DNA of 64,000 nucleotides from an uncultured Bacillota bacterium (GTDB lineage: Bacteria > Bacillota > DTU025 > MWDF01). Positions 42,726 through 52,941 of the stretch are shown piece after piece; the first letter of the stretch is position 1, and each line of letters begins with the position of its first letter. Location: contig CAWGMK010000004.1 of assembly GCA_963823655.1 (NCBI GenBank), positions 87,550 through 151,549 of the forward strand. The letters are read 5' to 3'. The notes beneath the pieces were generated by a model, which did no database searches, was not told where the DNA came from, and was given only the letters and a program-made list of their open reading frames with translations. Made by a program: the position numbers and the translations under genes.

Positions 42726-43535
42726 CTATTTCCTGCTTAATCCAACGCTATTGCCGCATATTTTGTTGACTTCTGAAAATGCCAACTTTGCCCCGTTTAT
42801 CATGTGTTCAATATCATCAGCTAATGCCATAAACTGAAAACCCTGGTTGATTCTCTTGCCGACCATAGCAGGCGAGCTAAGGTGCATTCCAACTGGTACT
42901 TTATGCCTTTTACCTGACTCTAGCACCTTCATTGCTGCACTCTCGAACTTAGGATTATCAAGCTGTCCGAAAATGCCAAGAGAAGCGGAGAGGTCCGCCG
43001 GCCCTATGAAGGCGGCCCCTATGCCTTCAACTTCCAATATCTCATCAATTCTATTAACCGCTCCTTCAGTCTCTATCTGAACGACAACAAGTATGTTGTC
43101 ATTTGCTTCCCTCATATATTGGCCGTCGTCTAAGTCATATCTTGTTGTGCGGCCGCCACCAATTCCTCTTAAGCCCTTTGGCGGGAACATACAGCCCCTA
43201 ACTGCAGCTATTGCTTCCTCTCTTGAGTTCACCCAGGGCACTACGATTCCCATGGCGCCTCTATCAAGGGCTTTCTTCATCAGCACTGGGTCATTCCACG
43301 CAACTCTCGCCATTGGAACCACATCGGTGCGCTCTACTGTCCTTATGATATTCTCAACAGTTTCAAAGCTGTGCGGTGCATGCTCCATGTCAACGACAAG
43401 CCAGTCGAAACCAACGTAGCTCATAGCTTCGGCCGAAGCACATGACGATATGCACAACCACGAGCCTAAGGTAGGTTTTCCTTGTTTCAATAATGCCTTT
43501 GCCCTGTTTGCCCTAAACTGACTGTTATCTGCCAT
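42726..43535 (-). CDS. HpcH/HpaI class II aldolase (GarL/RhmA-like)
   Basis: GFDW.VVDMEH, K.ALD.GA.G..VP.V, PP.G.RG, QIET, FIGPADLS. Confidence 0.92.
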   Translation of the reverse strand: MADNSQFRANRAKALLKQGKPTLGSWLCISSCASAEAMSYVGFDWLVVDMEHAPHSFETVENIIRTVERTDVVPMARVAWNDPVLMKKALDRGAMGIVVPWVNSREEAIAAVRGCMFPPKGLRGIGGGRTTRYDLDDGQYMREANDNILVVVQIETEGAVNRIDEILEVEGIGAAFIGPADLSASLGIFGQLDNPKFESAAMKVLESGKRHKVPVGMHLSSPAMVGKRINQGFQFMALADDIEHMINGAKLAFSEVNKICGNSVGLSRK

Positions 43536-43906
43536 GTCCACCCCTCCTTGAATGTTAGGATATGAATATCGTTCCCTACAAAAAGGGCAATACCTCCTAT
43601 TAATCATGCAGAAATTGGCAGCTCATGGATTTCTGCAGATTCTGTCTGGGTTAATAAGTTGTAGGAAGTATTACGGGAGGCCTGAAGAAGAGTCCGAAAT
43701 TACGTATAATAGGCAGTTCCCGCTGTAGTATCGGACTTGATGTTGATTTTCGCCTTCTCAAGTCAGTTCTTCCGACAATCAAGGCGAATTTAGTCGGCTG
43801 AAGATCCAGTAGCGAAATAGCGGCTTAACGCTTAAGTTAACCATTGCTTGACCACTAGCCTTAACGCAAAACAAAACCGCCAGCATACAGACGGTTAAAA
43901 CCCTAT

Positions 43907-43929
43907 TGGTGCCGAAGGCGGGATTCAAA
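43907..43929 (-). mobile_element. att core: 3' fragment of a tRNA (probably Leu) with flanking arm-type repeats
   Basis: Minus strand reads TTTGAATCCCGCCTTCGGCACCA (T-loop, T-stem, acceptor 3' strand, ACCA) with no 5' half; TGCTTGACC repeats at 43845, 44049 and 44061. Confidence 0.75.
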
Positions 43930-44308
43930 TGACTTCAATCCTCTGTATCCATCTAGTATCTTTAATTCCATACAGTCCAGCTATTTACCCCTATTTGAAT
44001 CCTACTACGTCCATTTAGTTCATATAATCCACTGGGTATCACTACGTCTGCTTGACCGTTTGCTTGACCACTTATACAAATCTGCTGCCTACCCACTGGG
44101 TTTTACCTTGGTTTTCCTTAATTATTTCTCGGGAGTTTATCGCAACTTCACAAGCTTCCTCGGTGATTAATCCCAATCTTCGGACGTCTAGTATCTCTCA
44201 GCAATTTCGAAGTAGTCCGATTTTCCTGTACAACCACGGTTCCTCTTATTGATAGTGCAAGCTGATGTTATGATTTCTTCCTCAGCCTGCACTATTACTT
44301 TTTATAGT

Positions 44309-45985
44309 CTAGAACAAATTTAGTATAGTGCCATCCTCAAGAATATCGATGCTGTCCGCGGCAGGCACCTTCGGAAGCCCCGGCATGGTCATCACTTCGC
44401 CTGTTATCGCCACTATGAATCCTGCGCCTGCTGATATCCTTACTTCCCTTACGCTAAGCTTCCATCCCCTGGGCCTTCCCTTCATGTCAGGGTTGTCCGA
44501 GAGGGAATGCTGTGTCTTCGCCATGCAGATCGGAAGCTCGCCATATCCGATCTTCCTGACGGTTCCGAGCATGTTCTTGGCGGACTCGGAGAATATCACA
44601 TCGTCAGCGCCATATACTTCCTTGGCCAGCTTCTTTATCTTCTCCTCGGCCGGAATGTCGAGGCTGTAAAGCATCCTGAAGTCGTTCTTGTCGTTCTCGA
44701 GCGCTTCCAGGACCTGCTTTGCGAGCTCTAGGCCGCCATCTCCGCCCTTGGCGACGACTTCGGAAACCGCGTAACGGACGCCGCGCTTCTCACAGCGCTC
44801 CTTAACAAGCTCCAGCTCCTCTGGGCTGTCGGACGGGAACCTGTTTATCGCGACTACCACAGGAAGGCCGAAGTTGTTCTTAAGGTTGTCAATGTGGGCT
44901 TCCAGGTTCTCGCAGCCTTTGGCAAGAGCTTCTAGGTTGGTCTCCGAGACCTTGTCCTTCGCTACTCCGCCGTGCATGTTCAAGGCCCTTACAGATGCCA
45001 CCAGGACTGCCACGTCCGGTTTGAGGCCGGTCTGCCTGTGCACTATGTCGAAGAACTCGGCTCCCAGAGTCTGAGGCAAAGCCGCCCTCGGTTACAACAT
45101 AGTCGGCTAGCTTAAGAGCCAGCCTGGTTGCGATTATAGAGTTGTTGCCGTGGGCGATATTGGCGAACGGGCCGCCGTGTATCAGCGCGGGCTGCCCTTC
45201 GACTGTCTGTACAAGGTTCGGTTTAATGGCGTCCTTGAGCAGCACTGCCATTGAGCCTACTGCCTTGATGTCGGCCGCAGTCACAGGCTTCCTGTCGTGG
45301 GTATAGGCGACGATTATCCTTCCCAATCTGGCCTTCAGGTCCTCAGTGCCCGATGCCAGGCAAAGTATCGCCATTACTTCTGATGCGACGCTGATATCGA
45401 AGCCGCTCTCCCTGGGCACTCCGTTGTTGGTGCCGCCAAGCCCGCATACGATGTTCCTCAGCTGCCTGTCATTCATGTCCATAACGCGCTTTACTGTAAC
45501 CCTTCTGGGTCGATGTTGAGGATGTTGCCCTGGAAGATGTGGTTGTCTAGAAGCGCTACCATAAGGTTATGCGCCGTTGTGACGGCGTGAATATCGCCTG
45601 TGAAGTGGAGGTTGATGTCCTCCATCGGAAGGACCTGGGAGTATCCGCCGCCGGTGGCTCCGCCTTTCACTCCGAAAACAGGGCCCAGGGAAGGTTCCCT
45701 GAGGGCGACAGCCACTTTCTTGCCGAGCTTGCCCAGCGCCTGCGTCACGCCTATCGCGGTGCAGGTCTTACCCTCGCCGGCGGGCGTCGCGGTGATTGCA
45801 GTTGTGTAGATCAGCTTGCCGTCTTTCCTGTCCTTGAGCCTTTCAAGCAGGCTTAAGGGGAGCTTTGCCTTGTATTTGCCGTAATGCTCGAGGTCTTCCT
45901 CGGAAAGGCCGATGCTTGCCGCCACTTCCGATATCGGTCTCAACTCTGTTGCCTGCGCAATCTCGATGTCGCTCGGTATTGGCAT
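44309..45985 (-). CDS. fhs: Formate--tetrahydrofolate ligase, two frameshift regions
   Basis: [64 protein letters not shown]. Confidence 0.95.
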
Positions 45986-46059
45986 TTGAACCTCCCAATT
46001 TGTAAAAATACAGTCACCCCTGGAGAAATACTAAAATCCAAACAGATTCACTAATAAAC

Positions 46060-47215
46060 CTATTGGTTTTTATATACCTTCCCGCCCTTCATCACAAAGC
46101 GCACCTTTTCCAGGTTATCGCAATCTGCTTCAGGGTCGCCTTCAATAGCTATAATGTCAGCCCTCTTGCCTTCTTCGAGTGTGCCTACCACGTCTTGGAG
46201 GCCACAAAGCTTTGCGCCATTAATGGTAAGTATTTGGAGCCCTTCCAGGGTTGAGTATCCCACTTCCTTGAGAATCATAAGTTCCTTGGCCGGGTGCCCA
46301 TGGTATGTGTCTGCACCGTAGGCAACCTTGACCCCCGAGAGACGCGCCTGTCTAAGCACGTTCTTGGCGCGGTTAAAGCTGTTCTGTGCTTTAGTCAGGT
46401 AGTCCTCTGGCATTCCCGGTGTATTAACTATAGACCAAATCAAAGCCGTCGTAGAAACCAACCATACGCCTTTCTCAGCCATGGAGACAAGGTTGTCTTC
46501 TGTTAGAAAAGCCCCATGCTCGATAGTGTCCACACCATGCTTTATTGCCCAATCTACGCCAGGTCCGCCGTGAATGTGCGCTGCGACCTTCTTGTTTCCT
46601 CTATGCGCTTCATCTATGCATGCCGCAATTTCCGCCTCAGTGTACTCGGCCATGGTGACAACGGAACCTGGAGTTGACGCGCCTCCGCTGACCATGAGCT
46701 TAATCCAATCAACTCGAACTTTTATCTGCTCTCTAACAGAACGCCTAACTCCTTCAACGCCGTCAGCCTCGTTGCCAAACACCCAAGCATGCCCACCGGT
46801 CCTTGTTATGAATTTGCCGCAAATAAGAAGGTTTGGCCCTTCCATAATGCCCTCGTTAATCGCTTGCCTCCAGGTAACGTCTATGTGATCCCTTTCTGCA
46901 GCATCGCGTAGTGTTGTTATTCCTTTGTGCAAGATTTGCTTCGCATTGTTCACACCCTTGACCACAGTGTAAGCAAGCGGCTCCTTGGCTTGGGCACTGT
47001 CGTCACCCATATCTATGCCCAGATGGTCGTGACAATCCACGAAACCGGGCAAAACCGTATAGTTTCTTAGGTCAATGCAATCGTCTGAACAGCTCTTTAG
47101 TCCGTCGGTTATGGATACAATCTTATCGCCCTCAATATTAATGGTACAGTTCTTCCTGCGCGGCTCCTGTGCAATCTATAAGAGAGCCACATAATATTGA
47201 CTTCTTCGTTACCAT
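46060..47215 (-). CDS. Metal-dependent amidohydrolase (prolidase-like), 5' frameshift
   Basis: PGFVDCHDH, KVAAH.H, TIEHG, GAD, GTLE.GK.AD. Confidence 0.88.
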
Positions 47216-47229
47216 AATCCACCACCTTA

Positions 47230-47770
47230 AAAATTTTCGATCCTATCGCATTATTCGGCAAAATAACAGGCTACTTTATGGTTTTGCCCCACCAGTGTAA
47301 GGTCCGGCATTGTTGCTCTGCATATATCTTTGGCTTTCCAACACCGTGAGCTGAAACAGCAACCGGAAAATGGTTTGGTCGGGCTGGGACATCCCCCTCA
47401 AGTATCATTCTGCTGGCCTTGTGCTTGGGGTCAGGCACCGGAATTGCAGAGATCAGTGCCTTAGTATAAGGATGACCCGGCCTGTTGAATATATCCTCCG
47501 TTTTACCAATCTCGACTATCTTACCGAGATACATAACCGCCACATGATTGGATATGTTCTCCACGACGCTTAAACTATGGGATATGAATACATATGTGAG
47601 CCCCATGCCTGTCTGCAGTTCCTTGAGCAGATTTAGGACTTGGGCTTAATTTGAAACATCCAGTGCTGAACAGGTTCATCGCAGACTATTAGCTTTGGGT
47701 TCAGCGCTAGCGCCCTTCAATCCCGATTCTCTGCCTCTGTCCACCTGAAAATTCATGAGCATAGCGTTTC
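47230..47770 (-). CDS. Oligopeptide ABC ATP-binding protein (OppF/AppF-like), C-terminal part only
   Basis: RY.HEFSGGQRQRIGI, CDEPVSALDVS, FISHSL, VMYLGKIVE, HPYTKALISA.P; truncated at the junction. Confidence 0.85.
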
Positions 47771-47774
47771 TCGT

Positions 47775-48413
47775 CGTCAACGCCAAACGCGGGCTGGTAC
47801 CTGGTTCATTTCGACCACGCCGCGGCCAAAGTCCACCGACTGCATCAGCTGCCACTCAGGCGATAAACCCTGGCCAAACCATTACGCGGCGCAGTGTTCG
47901 GGCTGCCATACCACCACCGCCTGGAAGCCCAGCCCAATTTCAACCACGCGCTGGCCGGGGCTACCGATTGCCTGGCCTGCCCACCGTGGGTTTGATAAAC
48001 CCGCCAATCACTACACCGCGCAGTGTTCCAGCTGCCACCACCAGCACCACCGCCTGGGTGGCCGGTCAACTTCAACCATGCCGTGGCCGGGGCCACCGAT
48101 TGCCTGGCCTGCCACACCCGGGGAGACAAAACCGCTGGGGCATGCAGCACGCCCAGTGTTCAGCCTGCCATAGCACCTCCTGCCTGGAAGCCCGCCACCT
48201 TCCACGCATACCTTACCCCGCCGACCTCACGGCAAAGCGAATGGCAAGTGCCTGGATGTGCCACCCCAGCAGCGTGCCGGCATCACACCTGCTACCAGCG
48301 CCTTCTACTGATCACGAACCGCTGAAAGGTGCACGCAAAAATCACTCTTCATCCCTCGGGCAGACTTTGCATAGAACTGCCACCCGATGGAAAAGTGCCG
48401 GATCGATGATTAG
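47775..48413 (+). CDS. Repetitive multiheme cytochrome c, C-terminal fragment, very error-rich
   Basis: About nine CxxCH-coding segments read across frames (CISCH 47841, CSGCH 47895, CLACH 47969, CSSCH 48024, CLACH 48101, CSACH 48156 and three damaged ones) in ~130-nt repeats. Confidence 0.75.
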
Positions 48414-48427
48414 GCGGTGACAAAACG

Positions 48428-48460
48428 AATCCTCACAGGACTTAAAGACCTGTGAGGATT
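48428..48460. terminator. Bidirectional terminator
   Basis: AATCCTCACAGG...CCTGTGAGGATT followed by a T-run. Confidence 0.8.
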
Positions 48461-48488
48461 TTTCTGGCGAACAAAGCGACTCTCAACC

Positions 48489-49566
48489 CTATTTTTCCAG
48501 GATCGCCGGGCGCTGCACGCCGTCCACCTCGATCAGCGGCCAACCCGGCGTGGCGGTCGAGCACCTCAAAGCCCCGCGGGGTGATCAGCACGCTGTCTTC
48601 GCTCTTTGAGCCGGTGATGGACGGATTCCAGGCGTAGACCTGATCCGCGGCAACCGTTTCGGCGCTGGCCGAGTTGACGGTCACCTCGCGCGGCTCGTAA
48701 CCGGTCGGGCCGCCCTGGTGGTGCAGCTGCCACTCATCCGCGAAACCCACCGCGGCATAGGCCTGTTGGATTTCGCCAAAGATCTCTTTCAGCATGCGCC
48801 CGGGGCGCGTGGCGCGGATGGCGGCCGCGTCCACCCGGGCCACGGCCTGCGCCTTGCGGCGCACGTCTTCCGGCAGCGCGCCAAAATGCACCAGGCGCGT
48901 CAGCGAGGCCACCAGCCCCTGGCGGCGCGCGCACATCACCAGCATGGCGTATTTTTCCATCTTTTTGCCCGTGGGCAGCGGGTGGCGGAACTTGAAAATG
49001 CGCTCATCCGTGGCCACCAGCACCACCACCGGCTGCGCGCCGCGCGACTGGGCTTCAAGCTCCAGGCGGGCGGCGATCTCCATCTCGGTCATGCCGGGGC
49101 GCACAGCCTGCGCCGCCGCGCCAAGGGCCTGGCCGCACAATTTGCCCAGCGCGCGGAAGCGCTCCACTTCCATGGGCTGCAGGTTCATGCGCAGGTGGGT
49201 CATCTCGGCGCTCAAATCCACGGCGCCGGGGAAGATGCCGTCCGCGCCCAGGCGCAGGCCGCTGGTCAGCCGTTCCAGGTGCCCGGCGGGGGTGTGCCAG
49301 GGGCTGACGGTAAATTGCCAGCCCTGCGCCGCCAGGCCCTCTTCCTGCTCAAAGCGCGGGGCTTCGATGCTGTTGGTGACCAGGTAGCGCGCGCCGCGCA
49401 GGATGAGGAGCGACCCGGCGCCGTTGGTGGTGGCGGTGTTGACGTAGGATAACGCACCGCAGGTGGCCCAGGCAAAGCTGCTCACCTTTTGCAGCAGCAG
49501 CCCGTCCAGGTTATGGCGCTGCAGCAGCGCCTGGAGTTGGGATTGTTTTATATCGAATTCAGTCAT
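48489..49566 (-). CDS. M24 family (Xaa-Pro) peptidase-like protein
   Basis: FRHP, SLTR, HHQGG.TGY.PRE, AWNPSITG.KSED; the ORF tail is frameshifted and the real stop is probably TAG at 48489. Confidence 0.85.
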
Positions 49567-49600
49567 TATAAATACTCCTTATAGGGCAATAATAATATCA

Positions 49601-50013
49601 CCACAGAGCCACAGAGATCACAGAGATTTTTTAGCTAAAAGAGAGATATCCACAGAGGACACGGAGATTTTTTGTGAAAATGAGAGAAAAGAGAAACGAA
49701 CCACATTATAAAAACCTTTGCGCCTTACCATCCTCGTAGAGGATATCATCTTCGTAGAGGATTGCTGTTCTTTTCTAAAAAGCATTAACCGCAAAGGCGC
49801 TAAGTACGCTAAGAAATCGATATATAAGAAACCTTTGCGGCCTTTGCGACTTTGCGGTTTTTTTTAATAAACATGAACCACTATCCTCTACGAGGATGAA
49901 ATGACGCCAGGTACACTAAGAAAACAATATAAGGGCAATGAAAATTCTAAAAAAAGCTTTCTCTTACTCTTCTCTTTTCTTCTCTTTTCTCCGTGACCTC
50001 TGTGGCTCTGTGG
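49601..50013. repeat. Nested triple inverted-repeat element
   Basis: Outer arms 49601-49626/49988-50013, middle arms 49729-49745/49882-49898 (perfect 17 bp), inner arms 49787-49813/49833-49859. Confidence 0.85.
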
Positions 50014-50037
50014 TTCATTGGTTTTATATCCGTTTCA

Positions 50038-51882
50038 TCACTCAAAATACATGGCATCCACAAAGGCCGGCTCGAAGGTTGGCTCGATGGTCAGTTCAAC
50101 GTAATGCACGCGCTCGATGATCTGGCTGGCGCGGTCGCGCTGCCGGCAGGAGAGCAGCATCTGCCTGGCGCCCACCCCGGCGGCGTTGCCCACCTGGTGA
50201 AATTTGCGCAGGTCGGGGGTTTGCCCCGGCGCATAACCCGGGAACATGCCCACCCGCAGGGCGCTAGCCAGGTCCAGGTAGGTGCCAAAGGCCCCGGCGA
50301 TGATCCAACCATCCACCTGGGCGGCGCTGATGCCGGCCTTGCCCAGCAGCACCTCAATGCCGGCGCGGATGGCGCCCTTGGCCAGTTGGATCTCGTTGAT
50401 ATCGCGGCGGGTGATGACGATATCGCGCCCGTGCCCGGTCTGCGCCGCGGGGACGAGCAAAAATTCAGCGCGGTTGTGCCGGTCTGAGCGCACGCGCGGG
50501 TGGGAGCGGTCCAGCACGCCGCGCATGTCGATGATGCCAGCGTCGGCCATCTGGGCAATGCCCTGCAAAATACCCGATCCGCAAATGCCCACCGGGGCCA
50601 TGCGCCCGATGGTGCCCACCGAAACCCCGCCGTCCGGGCGGATGTGCACGGCCTCAATCGCACCCGGCGCGGCGCGCATGCCGTCCTTGATGTGCGCGCC
50701 CTCGAAGGCCGGGCCGCTGGCGGTGGAGCAGGTGTAGATCTGGCCGCCGTGCAGCAGGCTGATCTCGGTGTTGGTGCCGATATCCACCAGCACCAGGCTG
50801 TGCTGCGCGGGGTAGGCCTGGGTGGTGAGCAGCGCCGAGGTGTGGTCGCCGCCCACGTAGCCGGCGATGTTGGCGGGCAAATGCACGCGCGCGCCGGGCG
50901 CCAGGCGCAGCCCCACCTCATCCGCGCGGATATCCAGCGGCTGGCTGACCGAGGCCACGTAAGGCGCGGCGCCCAACTGGGCCACCGGCAGCCCGCAGAA
51001 GAAGTGGTGCATGGCGGTATTGCCCACCACCACCGCGTCCACCACCTGGTTGGGGGCAGCCCCGGCCTTCTGGCACAGCTCGGCCAGCAGGGCATTGGCG
51101 GAATCGACCAGGCGGGTTTGCAGCGCCAGGCGCTGCTCCTCGCCGCGGTTGGCGTAGGCGATGCGGCTGACCACGTCCTCGCCGTAGGCGATCTGCGGGT
51201 TCATCACCCCGCCGCTGGCCAGGGTGCCGCCGGTGCGCAGGTCCACCAGGTAGGCCGCCAGCTTGGTGGAGCCCATATCCATGGCGAAGCCCAGCAGGGC
51301 CCCGCCCGCGGGCAGCGCGCCGGCGATCTCCACCCGGCCCGGCGCGGAACGCAGGGCCAGGCGGGCGTGCCAATCCCCGCCGCGCAGCATGTGCGTGACC
51401 TGCGACCAGGCGGCCAGGTCTGCAACGGCGGGCGGGTGCCCGGCCTGGCGCAGCGCCGCCTGCACGCGCGCCTGGTCTGAGCGCAGGTCTTCGATATGCG
51501 GCGGGTCCAGCGCCAGGTCAAAGGGCCACACGGCGGGTTCCAGGTGGACCTCACCCTCGCGGCCGTCGATCTGCATCTGCTGGGCGGCGGGCAGGCTCTC
51601 GCGCGGGATATCCACGCGCAGGTCGCTGAGCGGCTGGGCCTGGCAGGCCAGGCGGAAGCCGTCCGCGATCTCGGCGGGGGTCAGGTGTTCCTGTTCGCTT
51701 TCCGTGAGGGGAGTCAGTTGGCCGCGCACCAGGCGCAGCTTGCAGGTGCCGCAAATACCCACCCCGCCGCAGGCCGCCACCAGGTCAACGCCGGCTTTCT
51801 GGGCGGCTTCCAGCAAGGTCAGGCCGGCGTCCACATCCATGCGCCGGCCAATCGGTTCGAGGTCTACAATAAAAGTCGTCAT
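50038..51882 (-). CDS. ATP-dependent reductive activator of corrinoid proteins (RACo/RamA, DUF4445 ASKHA with 2Fe-2S domain)
   Basis: [10 protein letters not shown]...RLAC ferredoxin, DMGST, NPQ..G.DVVSRI, GN.AM.H, DIGTN.E, GPAFEG, GICGSG, AGAFG, GNAA..GA. Confidence 0.92.
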   Translation of the reverse strand: MTTFIVDLEPIGRRMDVDAGLTLLEAAQKAGVDLVAACGGVGICGTCKLRLVRGQLTPLTESEQEHLTPAEIADGFRLACQAQPLSDLRVDIPRESLPAAQQMQIDGREGEVHLEPAVWPFDLALDPPHIEDLRSDQARVQAALRQAGHPPAVADLAAWSQVTHMLRGGDWHARLALRSAPGRVEIAGALPAGGALLGFAMDMGSTKLAAYLVDLRTGGTLASGGVMNPQIAYGEDVVSRIAYANRGEEQRLALQTRLVDSANALLAELCQKAGAAPNQVVDAVVVGNTAMHHFFCGLPVAQLGAAPYVASVSQPLDIRADEVGLRLAPGARVHLPANIAGYVGGDHTSALLTTQAYPAQHSLVLVDIGTNTEISLLHGGQIYTCSTASGPAFEGAHIKDGMRAAPGAIEAVHIRPDGGVSVGTIGRMAPVGICGSGILQGIAQMADAGIIDMRGVLDRSHPRVRSDRHNRAEFLLVPAAQTGHGRDIVITRRDINEIQLAKGAIRAGIEVLLGKAGISAAQVDGWIIAGAFGTYLDLASALRVGMFPGYAPGQTPDLRKFHQVGNAAGVGARQMLLSCRQRDRASQIIERVHYVELTIEPTFEPAFVDAMYFE

Positions 51883-51902
51883 CAGGTTGTCGCAGGAATA
51901 TT

Positions 51903-51975
51903 CACCACAGAGATACAGAGAAAAAAAGAGATCATTAGAACTATTAATCCTCTGTTTCTCTGTGTCTCTGTGGTT
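51903..51975. repeat. 9-bp-period inverted repeat (CACAGAG type)
   Basis: CCACAGAGATACAGAG ... CTCTGTTTCTCTGTGTCTCTGTGG. Confidence 0.75.
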
Positions 51976-52853
51976 AACTTTTTTAACCGCCTGGGCAATC
52001 GCAGCCAGATGAGCCGGCGAGGTGCCGCAGCAGCCGCCGACGATCTGCGCGCCGGCGCTGATCCATTCCGGCACGCGCGCGCCCATCTCAGCGGGCGAAA
52101 CGCTGTAGACCGGGGCGCCTTGCGCATCCAGCTCCGGCAGGCCGGCGTTGGGTTTGAACCAGATGCGGTTTATCCGTGGCGGCGCGCAGCGCACCCAGGG
52201 CGCTCAGGTTTTCATCCAGGCTGCGCCCGCAGTTGATGCCCAGCACGTCGGCCAGGTCCGCGAACTCAGCCGCCATCTGCGCCGGCTTGACGCCCATCAT
52301 GGTGCGCGTGCCGCGGTCGTAGCTGAAGGAGCACACCAGCGGCAGGCTGCACACCGAGCGCGCGCCCAGCAGCGCCGCGCGCGCTTCGGCCAGGTCGAAC
52401 TGGGTTTCGATGACCAGCAGGTCCACGCCGGCATCCGCCAGGGTGCGCGCCTGGGCCGGCGAAGGCGGCCTGGGCTTCGCTCTCGCTGAGCGGGCCAAAC
52501 GGCTGCAGCATCAGCCCGGTGGGGCCGATGGAGCCCGCCACCAGGGCTTTATCGCCCGCCGCCTGTTTGGCCAGCGCTGCCGCGCGCCGGTTGATCTCCT
52601 CAGCGCGCGAGGCCAGCCCGGCATGCTGCAGGCGCAGCGACGTGCCGCCAAAGGTGCAGGTCAGCAGGATATCCGCGCCGGCGGCCAAAAAATCGCGGTG
52701 CAGGCGCAGGATCTGCTCGGGCTGCTCCAGCACCCAGGCCTCGGCGGAGATGCCCTTGCCCAGCCCGCGCTGCTGCAAGTTGCTGCCCGTCGCGCCGTCT
52801 GAAACTAAAATTTGCCCCGAGCGTAACCGCTCCAGGAATGCCTGTTGCGCCAT
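51976..52853 (-). CDS. Homocysteine S-methyltransferase domain protein (stand-alone MetH N-domain), frameshifted
   Basis: DGATGS.LQ, H..F..AGAD...[33 protein letters not shown] (Zn ligands). Confidence 0.88.
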
Positions 52854-52941
52854 ATCATCCTCCTTTGAGAGCATCAGAGTTTTAGGTGTTGAGTTTTTAG
52901 CTAAAACCTTCTCAGTATACTCTGATACCTGTGGCACCTAT

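Noticed and set aside
43907-43990. Complete tRNA gene
   Set aside because: Only the 3' 23 nt are present; no D-arm, anticodon arm or 5' acceptor strand could be formed.
47790-48200. CRISPR-like repeat array
   Set aside because: The repeats are ~130-nt coding units for heme motifs, with no constant repeat/unique spacer pattern and no cas genes.
50038-52194. 718-aa ORF suggesting a methyltransferase-activator fusion
   Set aside because: The linker translates an intergenic 9-bp repeat and crosses homopolymer runs. The activator starts naturally at 51882, so this is probably an indel artefact.
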